DNA of 64,000 nt from Bacteroidia bacterium (GTDB lineage: Bacteria; Bacteroidota; Bacteroidia; M30B66): assembly GCA_965279035.1 (NCBI GenBank), contig OZ257142.1, forward strand, positions 192,001 to 256,000. Direction: 5' to 3'. The notes under the pieces were generated by a model. It was not told where the DNA came from. It made no database searches and was given only the letters and a program-made list of their open reading frames with translations. Positions 41,471-51,139 of this stretch are shown in pieces. Positions within the stretch are counted from its first letter, which is position 1. Each line of letters opens with the position of its first letter. Both the position numbers and the translations under genes were made by a program.

Positions 41471-42711
41471 TATGACTCAGGATAAAGGAGGTATTTTTTT
41501 CGCATTTCGCGATACGCATTCAATCCCGGTTCCCAACTTTTACGAATTTCTGTTTCGCTTTTTCCCTCGAGAATTTGTTTCCGTAATTTATCGGTACCGG
41601 CAAGCTTATCGAAAAAGTTGTTGAAATAATCAGGCTTCTTTCCGTTTGCATCGTACATACTTTGCAACCAAAAGAGGTAAATCATCTTAGTATCTCGAAC
41701 GAAATTTTCTCCAAAACCACTGAGGTCAAATCCTTTGCAATCTTTATTTTCATACATAGGTGCTTTGCTTCCCGGTCCTGATTTCGGTGTGAAATGAAAT
41801 TCTCCAACAGCATTTCCAGGAAATCCAATTTGCTCAAAAGGATGCGTCGTTCCCCTGCCAACACTCACATTGGTTCCTTCGAAAAAACACAAGGATGGAT
41901 AAAGGTAAATCGCATTCATCGTTTGCAAGTTGGGTGAAGGAGGAGTTGTTAGTTGATAGTAATTGCTATGTGCCCAGCCCTTGCATTGTATGACATTGAG
42001 CTTGCATTTTACTTTTCCTTTCAACCAGCCTTCTCCATTCACCATTTGAGCATATTCTCCTACAGACATTCCATGCACAACGGGCACTGGGTGCATGCCC
42101 ACAAATGAGGAAAATGCAGGTTCCAAAACAGGTCCATCGGTATAATGTCCGTTGGGATTTGGACGATCGAGTACAACGAGCGGAATGCCTTTTTCAGCAC
42201 AAGCTTCCATCACAAGCGAAAGCGTAGAGATGTAGGTGTAAAAGCGAGCTCCAACATCTTGGATATCGAAAACAACGATATCTACATCACTAAGCTGTTC
42301 CGGCTTCGGCTTCTTGTTATCACCGTATAGCGAAATCAGAGGCAATCCGGTTTTAGCATCGTTTGCTGACTTCACTTTTTCGCCCGCATCGGCTGCACCA
42401 CGAAATCCATGTTCGGGAGCAAACACTTTGACAAGATTCAGGTTGAGCGAACGTAAGGTGTCGACAAGGTGGGTATTTCCAATCAAGGAAGTATGGTTTG
42501 CCACTAAGGCAACACGTTTCCCTTTAAGTAGTGGTAAATATTCGGAAATTCGCTCTGCTCCTATTTCTACGTCAGCATCGGTTTTAATAACAACCTCCAC
42601 CCGACTAAAAATTTGAGGTCTTAGTGAAAGTGGAAAAAGGAAAGCGATGAGGATTATCCAGCCAAAGGCCTTTATTTTCCTAACTTCGGGCACTTGATTT
42701 TTTAGATTCAT
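41470..42711 (-). CDS. namZ: Exo-beta-N-acetylmuramidase NamZ family (DUF1343)
   Basis: FAPEHGFRG, FDIQDVGARFYTY, LDRPNP, PPSPN and SVGRGT. The true start may be downstream of 42711. Confidence 0.9.
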   Translation of the reverse strand: MNLKNQVPEVRKIKAFGWIILIAFLFPLSLRPQIFSRVEVVIKTDADVEIGAERISEYLPLLKGKRVALVANHTSLIGNTHLVDTLRSLNLNLVKVFAPEHGFRGAADAGEKVKSANDAKTGLPLISLYGDNKKPKPEQLSDVDIVVFDIQDVGARFYTYISTLSLVMEACAEKGIPLVVLDRPNPNGHYTDGPVLEPAFSSFVGMHPVPVVHGMSVGEYAQMVNGEGWLKGKVKCKLNVIQCKGWAHSNYYQLTTPPSPNLQTMNAIYLYPSLCFFEGTNVSVGRGTTHPFEQIGFPGNAVGEFHFTPKSGPGSKAPMYENKDCKGFDLSGFGENFVRDTKMIYLFWLQSMYDANGKKPDYFNNFFDKLAGTDKLRKQILEGKSETEIRKSWEPGLNAYREMRKKYLLYPES

Positions 42712-42725
42712 TCAGTTTATCAGAA

Positions 42726-43955
42726 TTGAGCACTTCTGCTTTTATCGCCCGACGACTTCTGCGTTCTGATGCAGGCAATAACCGATTATCTACACCGATA
42801 GTTCGAATTGCGATTGGCGGCATTTCGACAGGTATTTGTGTTATGATAGTGGCAATAGCGATTGTTACGGGCTTTCAGCAACAGATCAGGGCGAAAGTTA
42901 TTGGTTTCGGAGCGCATATTCAAATTAGCAAATACGATACGAATCATTCTTTTGAAAGTAATCCGATAAGCAACAACGCAAATTACTTAAGCGAAGTTGT
43001 GCAATTGCCTGGTATCAAGCATGTACAAGGGTTCGCAATCAAAGCGGGCATTGTTAAATCGGGTGATGCTATTGAAGGAGTAGTATTCAAAGGAATAGGA
43101 AAAGATTATTCTACCGCCTTTTTCAAGGAACATTTGATCTCGGGTAATTTGCCCATAATTCCTGATTCTGGGAGATCGAATGATGTATTGATTTCTAAAA
43201 CACAAGCTCAATTGCTGCATTTAAACGTGGGTGATGCCTTGTTGATGTATTTTGTTCAAGATCCTCCCAAAGCCAGGAAGTTCAAGGTTTCGGGAATTTA
43301 CGATACAGGATTGGGTGATAATGATTTTGATAAATTGTATGTGATTGGTGATTTGAGAGTTGTTCAACAATTGAATCATTGGGAACCGGATCAAGTGAGC
43401 GGAATTGAAGTGCAATTGGATGATTTTTCAAAACTCGATGAGAAAGAACAACTGATTTACCAGACCATTCCGAATGATTTGGATGCGAAAAGTATTCGAA
43501 CACGTTACCCTCAAATTTTTAGCTGGCTCGATTTGATGGATACCAATGTGTACATCATTATTGCCTTAATGCTTGTCGTTTCCATCATCAACATGGTCAC
43601 GTCCTTACTGATAATGATCTTGGAAAAAACGCAACTCATTGGGATTTTAAAAGCATTAGGTGCTGACAATCGCTTGGTTATTTCGCTCTTTATGAGACAA
43701 GCGGCTGTTTTAGTAGGAAAAGGAATGCTCATTGGCAATGTTGTCGGAATCGGACTTTGCTTCATTCAAGCTCAAACTGGTGTCTTGACCTTAAATCAGG
43801 AAACGTATTATTTGTCGGTTGTTCCTATTCATCTCGAAGTATTGGATGTGCTTTTATTGAACCTTGTTACGTTCGTAATCTGTTTGCTTTCCTTGCTCAT
43901 TCCGGCATTGCTTGTTATGCGAATTCGACCAGCTCGTGTTATTCGTTTCGATTGA
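42726..43955 (+). CDS. LolC/E-like (FtsX family) ABC permease, TTG start
   Basis: IVTGFQQQIR, ILEKTQLIGILKALGA and YYLSVVP. 4-TM MacB/FtsX topology. Confidence 0.88.
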   Translation: MSTSAFIARRLLRSDAGNNRLSTPIVRIAIGGISTGICVMIVAIAIVTGFQQQIRAKVIGFGAHIQISKYDTNHSFESNPISNNANYLSEVVQLPGIKHVQGFAIKAGIVKSGDAIEGVVFKGIGKDYSTAFFKEHLISGNLPIIPDSGRSNDVLISKTQAQLLHLNVGDALLMYFVQDPPKARKFKVSGIYDTGLGDNDFDKLYVIGDLRVVQQLNHWEPDQVSGIEVQLDDFSKLDEKEQLIYQTIPNDLDAKSIRTRYPQIFSWLDLMDTNVYIIIALMLVVSIINMVTSLLIMILEKTQLIGILKALGADNRLVISLFMRQAAVLVGKGMLIGNVVGIGLCFIQAQTGVLTLNQETYYLSVVPIHLEVLDVLLLNLVTFVICLLSLLIPALLVMRIRPARVIRFD

Positions 43956-45057
43956 TTCGATTCAATAAATCGGCTACGGCTTGTGTTAAAAAATCCTGAT
44001 GCTCATCGAGCTTGATTGCATTTCCTCTATTATTTGTTGGGAACGAATTTAAAAAAGAGGGTGAGTCTTTTATTGCTGAAAGCTCCCTTTGTGAAAGGCT
44101 AGAAAATCCCCATTGATGCGCTTCTTTTGCCAAGTATTCTTGTTCTGTTTGTCCTGGAGTTGGGATTAACAAGGCAGTTCTATTGAGTCGAATTAAGTCC
44201 ATGAGGCTGCTATAACCCGAACGACAGAGAATGTATTCGGCTTGATTGATTTCTTTGGCGAATACTTCATCATTCGGATTCAGTATCAAGCGAATGGAAT
44301 TTATAGAATCTGAACTTACTTTCTCTGGAACATTCGAACATATAATTGAAATTCCGAGCGATGTTGCTTTTTGGATTCGAAGAATTTCTTTCAGTAAAAT
44401 ACCTTGCTGAGGTTCTGGACCAGAAAGAAGAACAAGAACGCCGTTTCGTGATGTGTTGCTCGAGTTCTGCTTGGAGAAGCGACTCAAAAATCCAATACGT
44501 CGAATTGTTGGGTTGATGTGAGTTGTTTGGGATAGTTTCCCACTTAAATCCTTGGGTTCTACTTGATCAGGAATCCATATTTCATCAAACGACTTAAGGA
44601 ATTTGCGAATTTTTTTGGAGATTGTTTTTTGTGTGATGCGAGGAAAGAAGGGCGAAACGGGATTTAATTGGTGCGTGATAAGCACACAAGGAATGCGTGG
44701 TGAATGTAGACCGTATCGGTTGTCAGAAACGACTGCATCTATTTGCTTGTTTTTTATCAGGGTTTGTAAGTTCGAGTATTCTAATCGGATGTTTCTACTG
44801 ATTTTATTCGCCTGAAGGAGGATTTTAGCCCATGCTGGCAACCAAGATGAATATCGGATTTCCGGTACATTTGTTGGAATTTGTTCCAAACCTGGAATGT
44901 GAGAATTCAGCAATGCAAGCACACGAGGTGAACCCATGATCAACACCTGAGCACCTTGAACTTGAAGCTCACGAATAACAGGAATACAGCGTGTAGCGTG
45001 ACCCAAACCCCAATCAAGAGGTGCAACTAATATGCGAGGAGCGTTTGGTTGCGACAT
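43939..45057 (-). CDS. Glycosyltransferase (GT28/MurG-like fold)
   Basis: APLDWGLGHATR, VSDNRYG, CRSGYSS and PTPGQTEQEY. Start moved to MSQPN. Confidence 0.88.
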   Translation of the reverse strand: MSQPNAPRILVAPLDWGLGHATRCIPVIRELQVQGAQVLIMGSPRVLALLNSHIPGLEQIPTNVPEIRYSSWLPAWAKILLQANKISRNIRLEYSNLQTLIKNKQIDAVVSDNRYGLHSPRIPCVLITHQLNPVSPFFPRITQKTISKKIRKFLKSFDEIWIPDQVEPKDLSGKLSQTTHINPTIRRIGFLSRFSKQNSSNTSRNGVLVLLSGPEPQQGILLKEILRIQKATSLGISIICSNVPEKVSSDSINSIRLILNPNDEVFAKEINQAEYILCRSGYSSLMDLIRLNRTALLIPTPGQTEQEYLAKEAHQWGFSSLSQRELSAIKDSPSFLNSFPTNNRGNAIKLDEHQDFLTQAVADLLNRINRNE

Positions 45058-45104
45058 AATGCAAAATAACCGGTATTTCCTCCACAAACCGCTACTTTTG
45101 CAGA

Positions 45105-45803
45105 ATGAAAGCAATCGTAACAGGAGCAAGTAGTGGAATAGGACATGCAATCGCGTTGAAATTAGCCGCAGCAGGTTGGCAATTAGCAGTCATTTCGAGA
45201 AGTGAAAAGCGCGTGGATGAACTATTGGCATTGCTAGGTACACTTGGCATGCAGGAACATATTTTCATGACGGGCGATTTAACCCATCCCGGTGTGGTGG
45301 AATCTTTTTGCTCAACCGTTAAAGAGCGTTGGGGCAATGTGGATTTGATTGTAAATAATGCAGGAGAATACGTGCCCGGAGATGTGGGAACATTGACTTT
45401 AGCTCAGTTAGATGAGCAGATGAATGTCAATTTCCGCAGTGGTTTTCAGCTTATACAGCATTTTGTTCCTGTGATGAAGCAAGCTGGTAAAGGACGGATT
45501 GTCTTTATTAGTTCTCAAGTGGTGAATGATCCTCGCCCATTTGCAGCAGCCTATACGCTTTCAAAAGGATTGAATGATATGTATGCTCGCTTGTTGCGTG
45601 ATGAATTGCGCGAATCGGGCATTGGAGTAACGCGTATCGTTCCGGGCTCGGTAAACACTTCAACATGGGGCGATGCCGAAGTGCCGCGTGATCAATTTGT
45701 TCAACCCGAAGAGATTGCTCAACTCGTTCTCGACATTTGTACTATGTCGACTTCAACTTTAGTGGATGAGATTCGGATTCGTCCGCTTGATAAAAATTGG
45801 TAA
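45105..45803 (+). CDS. SDR family oxidoreductase
   Basis: TGASSGIG, VNNAG and catalytic YTLSK. TACTTTTG box at 45093-45100. Confidence 0.92.
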   Translation: MKAIVTGASSGIGHAIALKLAAAGWQLAVISRSEKRVDELLALLGTLGMQEHIFMTGDLTHPGVVESFCSTVKERWGNVDLIVNNAGEYVPGDVGTLTLAQLDEQMNVNFRSGFQLIQHFVPVMKQAGKGRIVFISSQVVNDPRPFAAAYTLSKGLNDMYARLLRDELRESGIGVTRIVPGSVNTSTWGDAEVPRDQFVQPEEIAQLVLDICTMSTSTLVDEIRIRPLDKNW

Positions 45804-45809
45804 ACACAC

Positions 45810-46472
45810 ATGACCAAACGAAAACTGAGAAATTTTGCTGAGTTGGAAACATTCACCAATGTGATTCAGCATCCCTATAAACGCGAGCAGTATGATCATC
45901 CCATGAAGGGAAACTGGCAGCGCGATTTTTTCAAAAATGAATTACCCATTACGTTGGAACTTGGCTGTGGCAAAGGAGAATACAGTGTTGGTTTAGCCTT
46001 GAAACATCCCGACAGGAATTACCTAGGTATCGACATCAAAGGAAATCGCATCTGGCGTGGAGCAAAAACCGGCATCGAAGAACATATTCCCAATTTGGGC
46101 TTTTTGAGAACCGAAATCGACCACTTAATAAACTTCTTTAACCCGGGCGAAGTAGATGAAATCTGGATTACGTTTCCCGATCCTCAGCCCAATAAAACCA
46201 AGGCACAAAAGCGCTTGACTTCCCCCGAATTTTTAGATCGATATCGCAAGATTTTACGTCCGGGCGGAGTGGTGCATTTGAAAACCGATTCTGCATTTTT
46301 GTTTGAGTCGACGATGGAAGTGATTGAATCTCAGAAATTGCCGGTATTACGCATCAGTCGGGATATTGACACCGATTTTCCGGGTGATGAATTATTACAG
46401 ATTCGGACGTATTATGAATTGAAATTCCGTCAGACCGGAGTACCTATTAATTATGTAGCATTTACGCTATGA
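45810..46472 (+). CDS. trmB: tRNA (guanine-N7)-methyltransferase
   Basis: LELGCGKGEY, ITFPDPQ, KRLTS and HLKTD. Confidence 0.95.
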   Translation: MTKRKLRNFAELETFTNVIQHPYKREQYDHPMKGNWQRDFFKNELPITLELGCGKGEYSVGLALKHPDRNYLGIDIKGNRIWRGAKTGIEEHIPNLGFLRTEIDHLINFFNPGEVDEIWITFPDPQPNKTKAQKRLTSPEFLDRYRKILRPGGVVHLKTDSAFLFESTMEVIESQKLPVLRISRDIDTDFPGDELLQIRTYYELKFRQTGVPINYVAFTL

Positions 46473-46816
46473 AAGATCCACGCGACCAGGAAGATTTCTT
46501 TGAAAAGGTATTTGCCGTGGTGCGCGAAATTCCGGCAGGTCGAGTAACTAGTTATGGGGCAATTGCCAAGTTTTTGGGTACTGGAGGATCGGCTAGAACA
46601 GTTGGTTGGGCGATGAATTTATCGCATTCGGCTGCCATTCCAGTTCCTGCACATCGGGTGGTTAATCGCAACGGTCAATTAACGGGAAAGCACCATTTTC
46701 CGAATCCGGATGCGATGCAAGAACAATTAGAAGCCGAAGGCATTGTGGTAAAAGAGGATCAGATTGTTGGTTTTCCTCAGGTTTTCTGGGATCCTCAAAT
46801 TGAAATTGGGCTTTAA
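46469..46816 (+). CDS. MGMT family alkyltransferase-like (ATL) protein
   Basis: IPAGRVTSYGAIA and ARTVG. PAHRVV has Ala in place of the catalytic Cys of PCHR. Confidence 0.9.
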   Translation: MKDPRDQEDFFEKVFAVVREIPAGRVTSYGAIAKFLGTGGSARTVGWAMNLSHSAAIPVPAHRVVNRNGQLTGKHHFPNPDAMQEQLEAEGIVVKEDQIVGFPQVFWDPQIEIGL

Positions 46817-47088
46817 CGTTTGCTAATACGATTGCCCGTGCTTCGCTGACGCGTGCATTTGAAGCGCGACACATTCATATCTCTTAAAGCCACATGTTTG
46901 GTATGACGACCAGCAACTCTAGCGCGCCATTTTCGCCAGTTATTGGGATGAAGTTCGCGTTTCATCAAGGCTTTCACGTCGTCTTCGCGTAATCCAAATT
47001 GAAGAAAAATAGCATCAAAGGGAGTACGATCTTCCCAGGCCATTTCGATGATGCGATCAATATCGAGCGGTTGAAGCGTGGCTGTCAT
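46813..47088 (-). CDS. TIGR03643/DUF2805 family protein
   Basis: DRIIEMAWEDRTPFDAI...WRARVAGR signature. Confidence 0.85.
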   Translation of the reverse strand: MTATLQPLDIDRIIEMAWEDRTPFDAIFLQFGLREDDVKALMKRELHPNNWRKWRARVAGRHTKHVALRDMNVSRFKCTRQRSTGNRISKR

Positions 47089-47124
47089 GCGAAGAAAACC
47101 ACTATCCGCAAGAAAAGTTCAGGA

Positions 47125-47652
47125 CTAAGTCGTGATTTTCTTTTTCGCCAAGACAATATCCACTTTTTCGCATGCCGTCTTGAAGCGTTTATCGTCTTTC
47201 CCAGAGATGACGCTAAAGGAACGACCATCTTCTTTTAACGCAATTTGATAACGATCGAACAATTCTTGTCGGCGGTTTGGATGTTCGCGCAAAGGATCGT
47301 TAACCCAAGGAAGGTCGATGTTCATGAGCAAAGTATGCGTGTAACGCGGAATGCGTGAGGCTTTAAGCAACCAATCGGGGCAGGAGCCAAAGACCACTTC
47401 CATCCAGATGCGGCACACGAGCAAATCGGTATCGCAGATGATGAGGCGGTGATTTTTCTCGAGCACGTTTTCGGCGTCCATTTGTCCGCGGGCGATGGCT
47501 TCCACATCGTAAGCCGCATACTTGCGATTGAGTTGCATCAAGTATTCGCGAGCATATTCAGGCACGACCGGACAACTATAATGAGCCGCTAATTGATGCG
47601 CAAGGGTAGATTTTCCGGTTGATTCAGGGCCGGTAACAGCAATTCGGATCAT
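47125..47652 (-). CDS. NadR-like P-loop kinase (AAA_28)
   Basis: TGPESTGKST, PEYAREY, ICDTD and PWVNDPLR. Overlaps pnuC by 4 nt. Confidence 0.88.
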   Translation of the reverse strand: MIRIAVTGPESTGKSTLAHQLAAHYSCPVVPEYAREYLMQLNRKYAAYDVEAIARGQMDAENVLEKNHRLIICDTDLLVCRIWMEVVFGSCPDWLLKASRIPRYTHTLLMNIDLPWVNDPLREHPNRRQELFDRYQIALKEDGRSFSVISGKDDKRFKTACEKVDIVLAKKKITT

Positions 47653-48218
47653 GAAAGGACGAGGTCTTTTTTCCAGCGGAATGCGCCGTACACAGCCAAA
47701 GCAGCCATGATAATGTATAACAATGCAGTGAGGTGCAATGTTTTATAAATGAACAATCCGCTATTAACGAGATCGACGAGAACCCAGCAATACCAGTTTT
47801 CGATGAATTTTCGAGCCATCATCCAGGTGATGATTAATCCGGCTACGCCCATGCTGGCATCAAAAAAAGGCACATCGGTATTGGAATAATGCACGAGTGT
47901 TAAACCGAGCAAGTAGGAGGCAAGGAGAAAGAGAATGGAAAGTGCAAACGCGGTGTTTAGCGGAATATTTCGAACAGGACGATCGGATGCTTTTTTACCT
48001 ATACGATTCCAATTCCACCAGCCAAAGAAACCAATCAGAACGTAGGTAAATTGCAATCCTGTTTCGGCATAGAGGCGAGATTGAAAAAAAACCGGTACGT
48101 AAAGAGCCGATCCTAAAATACCAAAAGCCCACCCGGCAATTTGTCCACGCACCGTGAGGATAACACCTAAGAGCGCGAGAAGAAAAGCACTAAGTTCGAA
48201 CAGTTGAGCTCCGAGCAT
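47649..48218 (-). CDS. pnuC: PnuC family transporter
   Basis: Polytopic, with LQFTY..GWWNW, PFFDA and ARKFIENWYCWVLVD. Confidence 0.9.
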   Translation of the reverse strand: MLGAQLFELSAFLLALLGVILTVRGQIAGWAFGILGSALYVPVFFQSRLYAETGLQFTYVLIGFFGWWNWNRIGKKASDRPVRNIPLNTAFALSILFLLASYLLGLTLVHYSNTDVPFFDASMGVAGLIITWMMARKFIENWYCWVLVDLVNSGLFIYKTLHLTALLYIIMAALAVYGAFRWKKDLVLS

Positions 48219-48315
48219 GCATTGAAATGAGATTCACAAACATCGGTTAATTCGTGTGAATTCATGGGTGATTTACACGGAAGATTCAGAATAAAAAAAT
48301 GCTGAAATTGGATGC

Positions 48316-49824
48316 ATGAAATTTAAGTTTCTACTCCTCTTTATTGGGGTGTTTCAGTTTGCCTCCGCCCAAAGCGAGTCCTACAGTTGGATTTATGGCA
48401 ATTGTGACAGCACTGAGAATAATTGTACTGGTTGGTATGGGACTGCCGTCATTCAATTTAACGATGATAGTATTGAAAGTATTCGAAGAGTTGATTTTCC
48501 AACAGCTTTTGGTTTCCTTTCATCATGTATTTCAGACTCAGAAGGAAATCTTGTATTAGCGAATAGTAACCATATGGTTTATGATTCATCAGGAAATACC
48601 TTATTAGATTTAGAAACCAATGACTATACTAATTTTCAATTGGGTTATTTAAGGTATTCGGCCCTTTTCTTTAAATTAAGAGAGCCTAAAAAAAATTATT
48701 ACTTCTTGAACTTTAAAGTAGCATGGGTTGATTCAGCAGAAAACCCTCTTATGAATAACCGAATTAGCAGAATTTACCTTAGTAAAATTAAGGTTGATGA
48801 AAATGGTTATGAAATAATGAATATCGATACTCTTTTCAGAAATGATACTATACTAGGTGCCGGTATGCAGGCATGTCGCCATGCTAACGGTAGAGATTGG
48901 TGGATTTTCAGTAACACATACAATCAGAAACAATTCTTAAGAGGATTATTAACTCCCAATGGTGTTGATTTTGAATTATACGATGGACCCGGCCCTGATT
49001 TATTTCAAAACTCTGGGCAAAATCAATTTAGCTCTGATGGAACAAAACTGTTCCATTACTTATCTACATACTACCGGAAAATGCAGATTTATGATTTTGA
49101 CAGATGCACGGGTGAATTGAGTAATTTTCGGGAGATGGATTTTAGTTCATATATCCCTTTTCCGCCATATGATTTTACACCATATGTATTAAGTCCGGAC
49201 GCTAGTAAAATATACATGGGAAGATCGAATCCAAGCCCAGTAGTTTCATATCAAAATATTCAAGTTGATGTTGCAAGTGGGCAAATGACCGTTGTTGCTG
49301 ATAGCGTTTTTGTTCCTTGCCTTACGCCCAATTTAAAATGGGTAGTTTCGGGTTATCAATCTGTTACTTGGTCGCATATTGATAGAATAAATGCACTCAC
49401 ACAACCCAATGAACTAGGAGCTGATTGTAATCGAATTCGGGATTTATATTCTTTGCCTGTGGATGGTTTTGTTTTCGAACCTATCGAATACGCCAATCAT
49501 TTACTTGGTCCTATTGACGGCAGTAGTTGCGACACTTTAGGTTTAGATGATGAAACGGGAATTCAAAAACAAAAAGAATTCAGCTTTCAACTTTTTCCCA
49601 ATCCAGGAGGAAATCAATTAACTATTAAAACTGATATGCCTTTACCTGTCAAGCTTGTACTGCGAGATTCACAAGGAAAAAATGTATTCGGAAAAGAATT
49701 CAATAAAAATTCATTTTCAATTCAACAGGAATTAATGGAATTAAATCAAGGAATTTATTTTGTTGAAATAATGAATGTGGCTCAACATAAACGATTGGTT
49801 AGGAAGTGGATGAAGGTGGAATGA
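48316..49824 (+). CDS. Secreted T9SS type A protein (beta-propeller-like body)
   Basis: Signal peptide, ACRHANGRDWW, FSSDGTK, DFDRCTG and LSPDASK blade-like motifs, and C-terminal LFPNPG...QGIYFVEI. Confidence 0.85.
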   Translation: MKFKFLLLFIGVFQFASAQSESYSWIYGNCDSTENNCTGWYGTAVIQFNDDSIESIRRVDFPTAFGFLSSCISDSEGNLVLANSNHMVYDSSGNTLLDLETNDYTNFQLGYLRYSALFFKLREPKKNYYFLNFKVAWVDSAENPLMNNRISRIYLSKIKVDENGYEIMNIDTLFRNDTILGAGMQACRHANGRDWWIFSNTYNQKQFLRGLLTPNGVDFELYDGPGPDLFQNSGQNQFSSDGTKLFHYLSTYYRKMQIYDFDRCTGELSNFREMDFSSYIPFPPYDFTPYVLSPDASKIYMGRSNPSPVVSYQNIQVDVASGQMTVVADSVFVPCLTPNLKWVVSGYQSVTWSHIDRINALTQPNELGADCNRIRDLYSLPVDGFVFEPIEYANHLLGPIDGSSCDTLGLDDETGIQKQKEFSFQLFPNPGGNQLTIKTDMPLPVKLVLRDSQGKNVFGKEFNKNSFSIQQELMELNQGIYFVEIMNVAQHKRLVRKWMKVE

Positions 49825-49958
49825 AATAATTGAGATTTTCTAATATTTTGATTACTCGTTGTGCGGTTGAATTATCAATTTATTTTTTCATATCAATCAA
49901 TGAAGTAAGGCTGATATAGCAACTTGTCAATAATCATTCATGATTGTCTACGACGTAT

Positions 49959-50161
49959 TACTTTATTGTCTTGACACAAGAAAGTATGCAACGGCGAAGC
50001 CCTCATGAGTACAAATTAAAAAATAAACACATACGAATAAAGTAGGTCAAGTCTGGACGATGCTTCAGCGCTCAAAAGGCCATTTTTCGCCCTTTGTGCA
50101 GGTAGCAATATTTTTCAATGGAATGTCGAAACACACCCTCGCCGCCCAGACGGGCCCTCGC
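49959..50161 (+). repeat. Structured intergenic element (hairpin with complementary downstream segment; possible MITE or ncRNA)
   Basis: Stem TACTTTATTGT/ACAAGAAAGTA with loop CTTGAC complementary to GTCAAG at 50046-50051. Second arm pair GTCTGGACG/CGCCCAGAC. Confidence 0.4.
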
Positions 50162-50368
50162 AATGATCCGTGCTTGCATTTTAGTATTACTAAACATTCA
50201 TGAAAATTTGCAAGTTTTTTCTTATTTGCCTTTACATAAATATCAACGACGTATCAATTCTAGTCTTGAAACACGCTTCGATAAACTCAACCTACAATCA
50301 AAGAAGTTCTATTCTGGAAGATGCTGCTCGAACTAAATTTTTCAAATCGATGCCGAAACAAGGAACTG

Positions 50369-50396
50369 AATTATACGTACGAAATAATTATATTTG
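50369..50396 (+). promoter_or_regulatory. TA operon promoter with probable autoregulatory palindrome
   Basis: AATTATACGTACGAAATAATT imperfect palindrome (core CGTACG) abutting a TATATTTG -7 box at 50389-50396. Confidence 0.5.
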
Positions 50397-50414
50397 CACG
50401 TAAGCATTAGGCGT

Positions 50415-50660
50415 ATGGACACCAAATTAACACTCAAGCTTGAGCAATCGGTGATTGAAAAAGCGAAAGACTATGCTAAAAAACAGCAAACTAGCTTGTC
50501 GAGATTGATAGAAAATTATCTTTTAAACATTACCAATGAGGAAGAAAGTGAAGAAAAAATAACTCCATTGGTTAAGAGTTTATCGGGCATAATTGATCTG
50601 CCGAATGATCTAGATTATAAAAAAGAATATGCTGATTATCTCAGTAATAAATACAAATAA
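50415..50660 (+). CDS. Ribbon-helix-helix antitoxin (DUF6364-like)
   Basis: MDTKLTLKLEQSVIEKAKDYAK...SLSRLIENYL and TPLVKSLSG. Overlaps the PIN gene by 1 nt. Confidence 0.85.
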   Translation: MDTKLTLKLEQSVIEKAKDYAKKQQTSLSRLIENYLLNITNEEESEEKITPLVKSLSGIIDLPNDLDYKKEYADYLSNKYK

Positions 50661-51070
50661 TGGAACGTGTATTTGTTGATTCTGATATTATTCTGGATTT
50701 ATTAGGAGGCAGAGAACCATTCTATAAATTTTCTGCCGAACTATTTTCTATATCCGACAAAGGAAAAATTAAACTACATGTTTCCTCTTTATCCTTTGCT
50801 AATTTGAACTACATTTTATCTAAGCAGTTTTCGTCAGAACAAGCGCGGAAAAAATTATTGAAATTTAAAACACTGGTCACTGTTTTGGCTGTCACGGATA
50901 AAATCGTTGATCTTTCATTAGCTTCTGATTTCAAAGACTTTGAGGATGGACTTCAATACTTTAGTGCAATAGAAAATGGAATCAATCTTTTACTAACTCG
51001 AAATCTAAAAGATTATAAATCAGCTGAAATTAGTGTAATGACCGCTGAGCAATTTTTGAAAGGAAAATAA
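50660..51070 (+). CDS. PIN domain toxin (VapC-like)
   Basis: VFVDSDIILD, DFEDGLQY and TRNLKDY acidic PIN motifs. Confidence 0.9.
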   Translation: MERVFVDSDIILDLLGGREPFYKFSAELFSISDKGKIKLHVSSLSFANLNYILSKQFSSEQARKKLLKFKTLVTVLAVTDKIVDLSLASDFKDFEDGLQYFSAIENGINLLLTRNLKDYKSAEISVMTAEQFLKGK

Positions 51071-51139
51071 AAAAGCGAAACCCTTTCCTCCTCTATAAGG
51101 CAATCGTACAAAAGGTTTTAAGCTGAAGTCAATGAATCC

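Noticed and set aside
48219-48315. Weak TTCAC/GTGAA inverted repeat upstream of pnuC as a riboswitch or REP
   Set aside because: The pairing is short and degenerate, with no second copy in the window and no recognisable aptamer.
50118-50403. Two short ORFs (72 and 67 aa) upstream of the TA pair
   Set aside because: No recognisable motifs. They overlap each other, the structured element and the TA promoter, so they are probably spurious.
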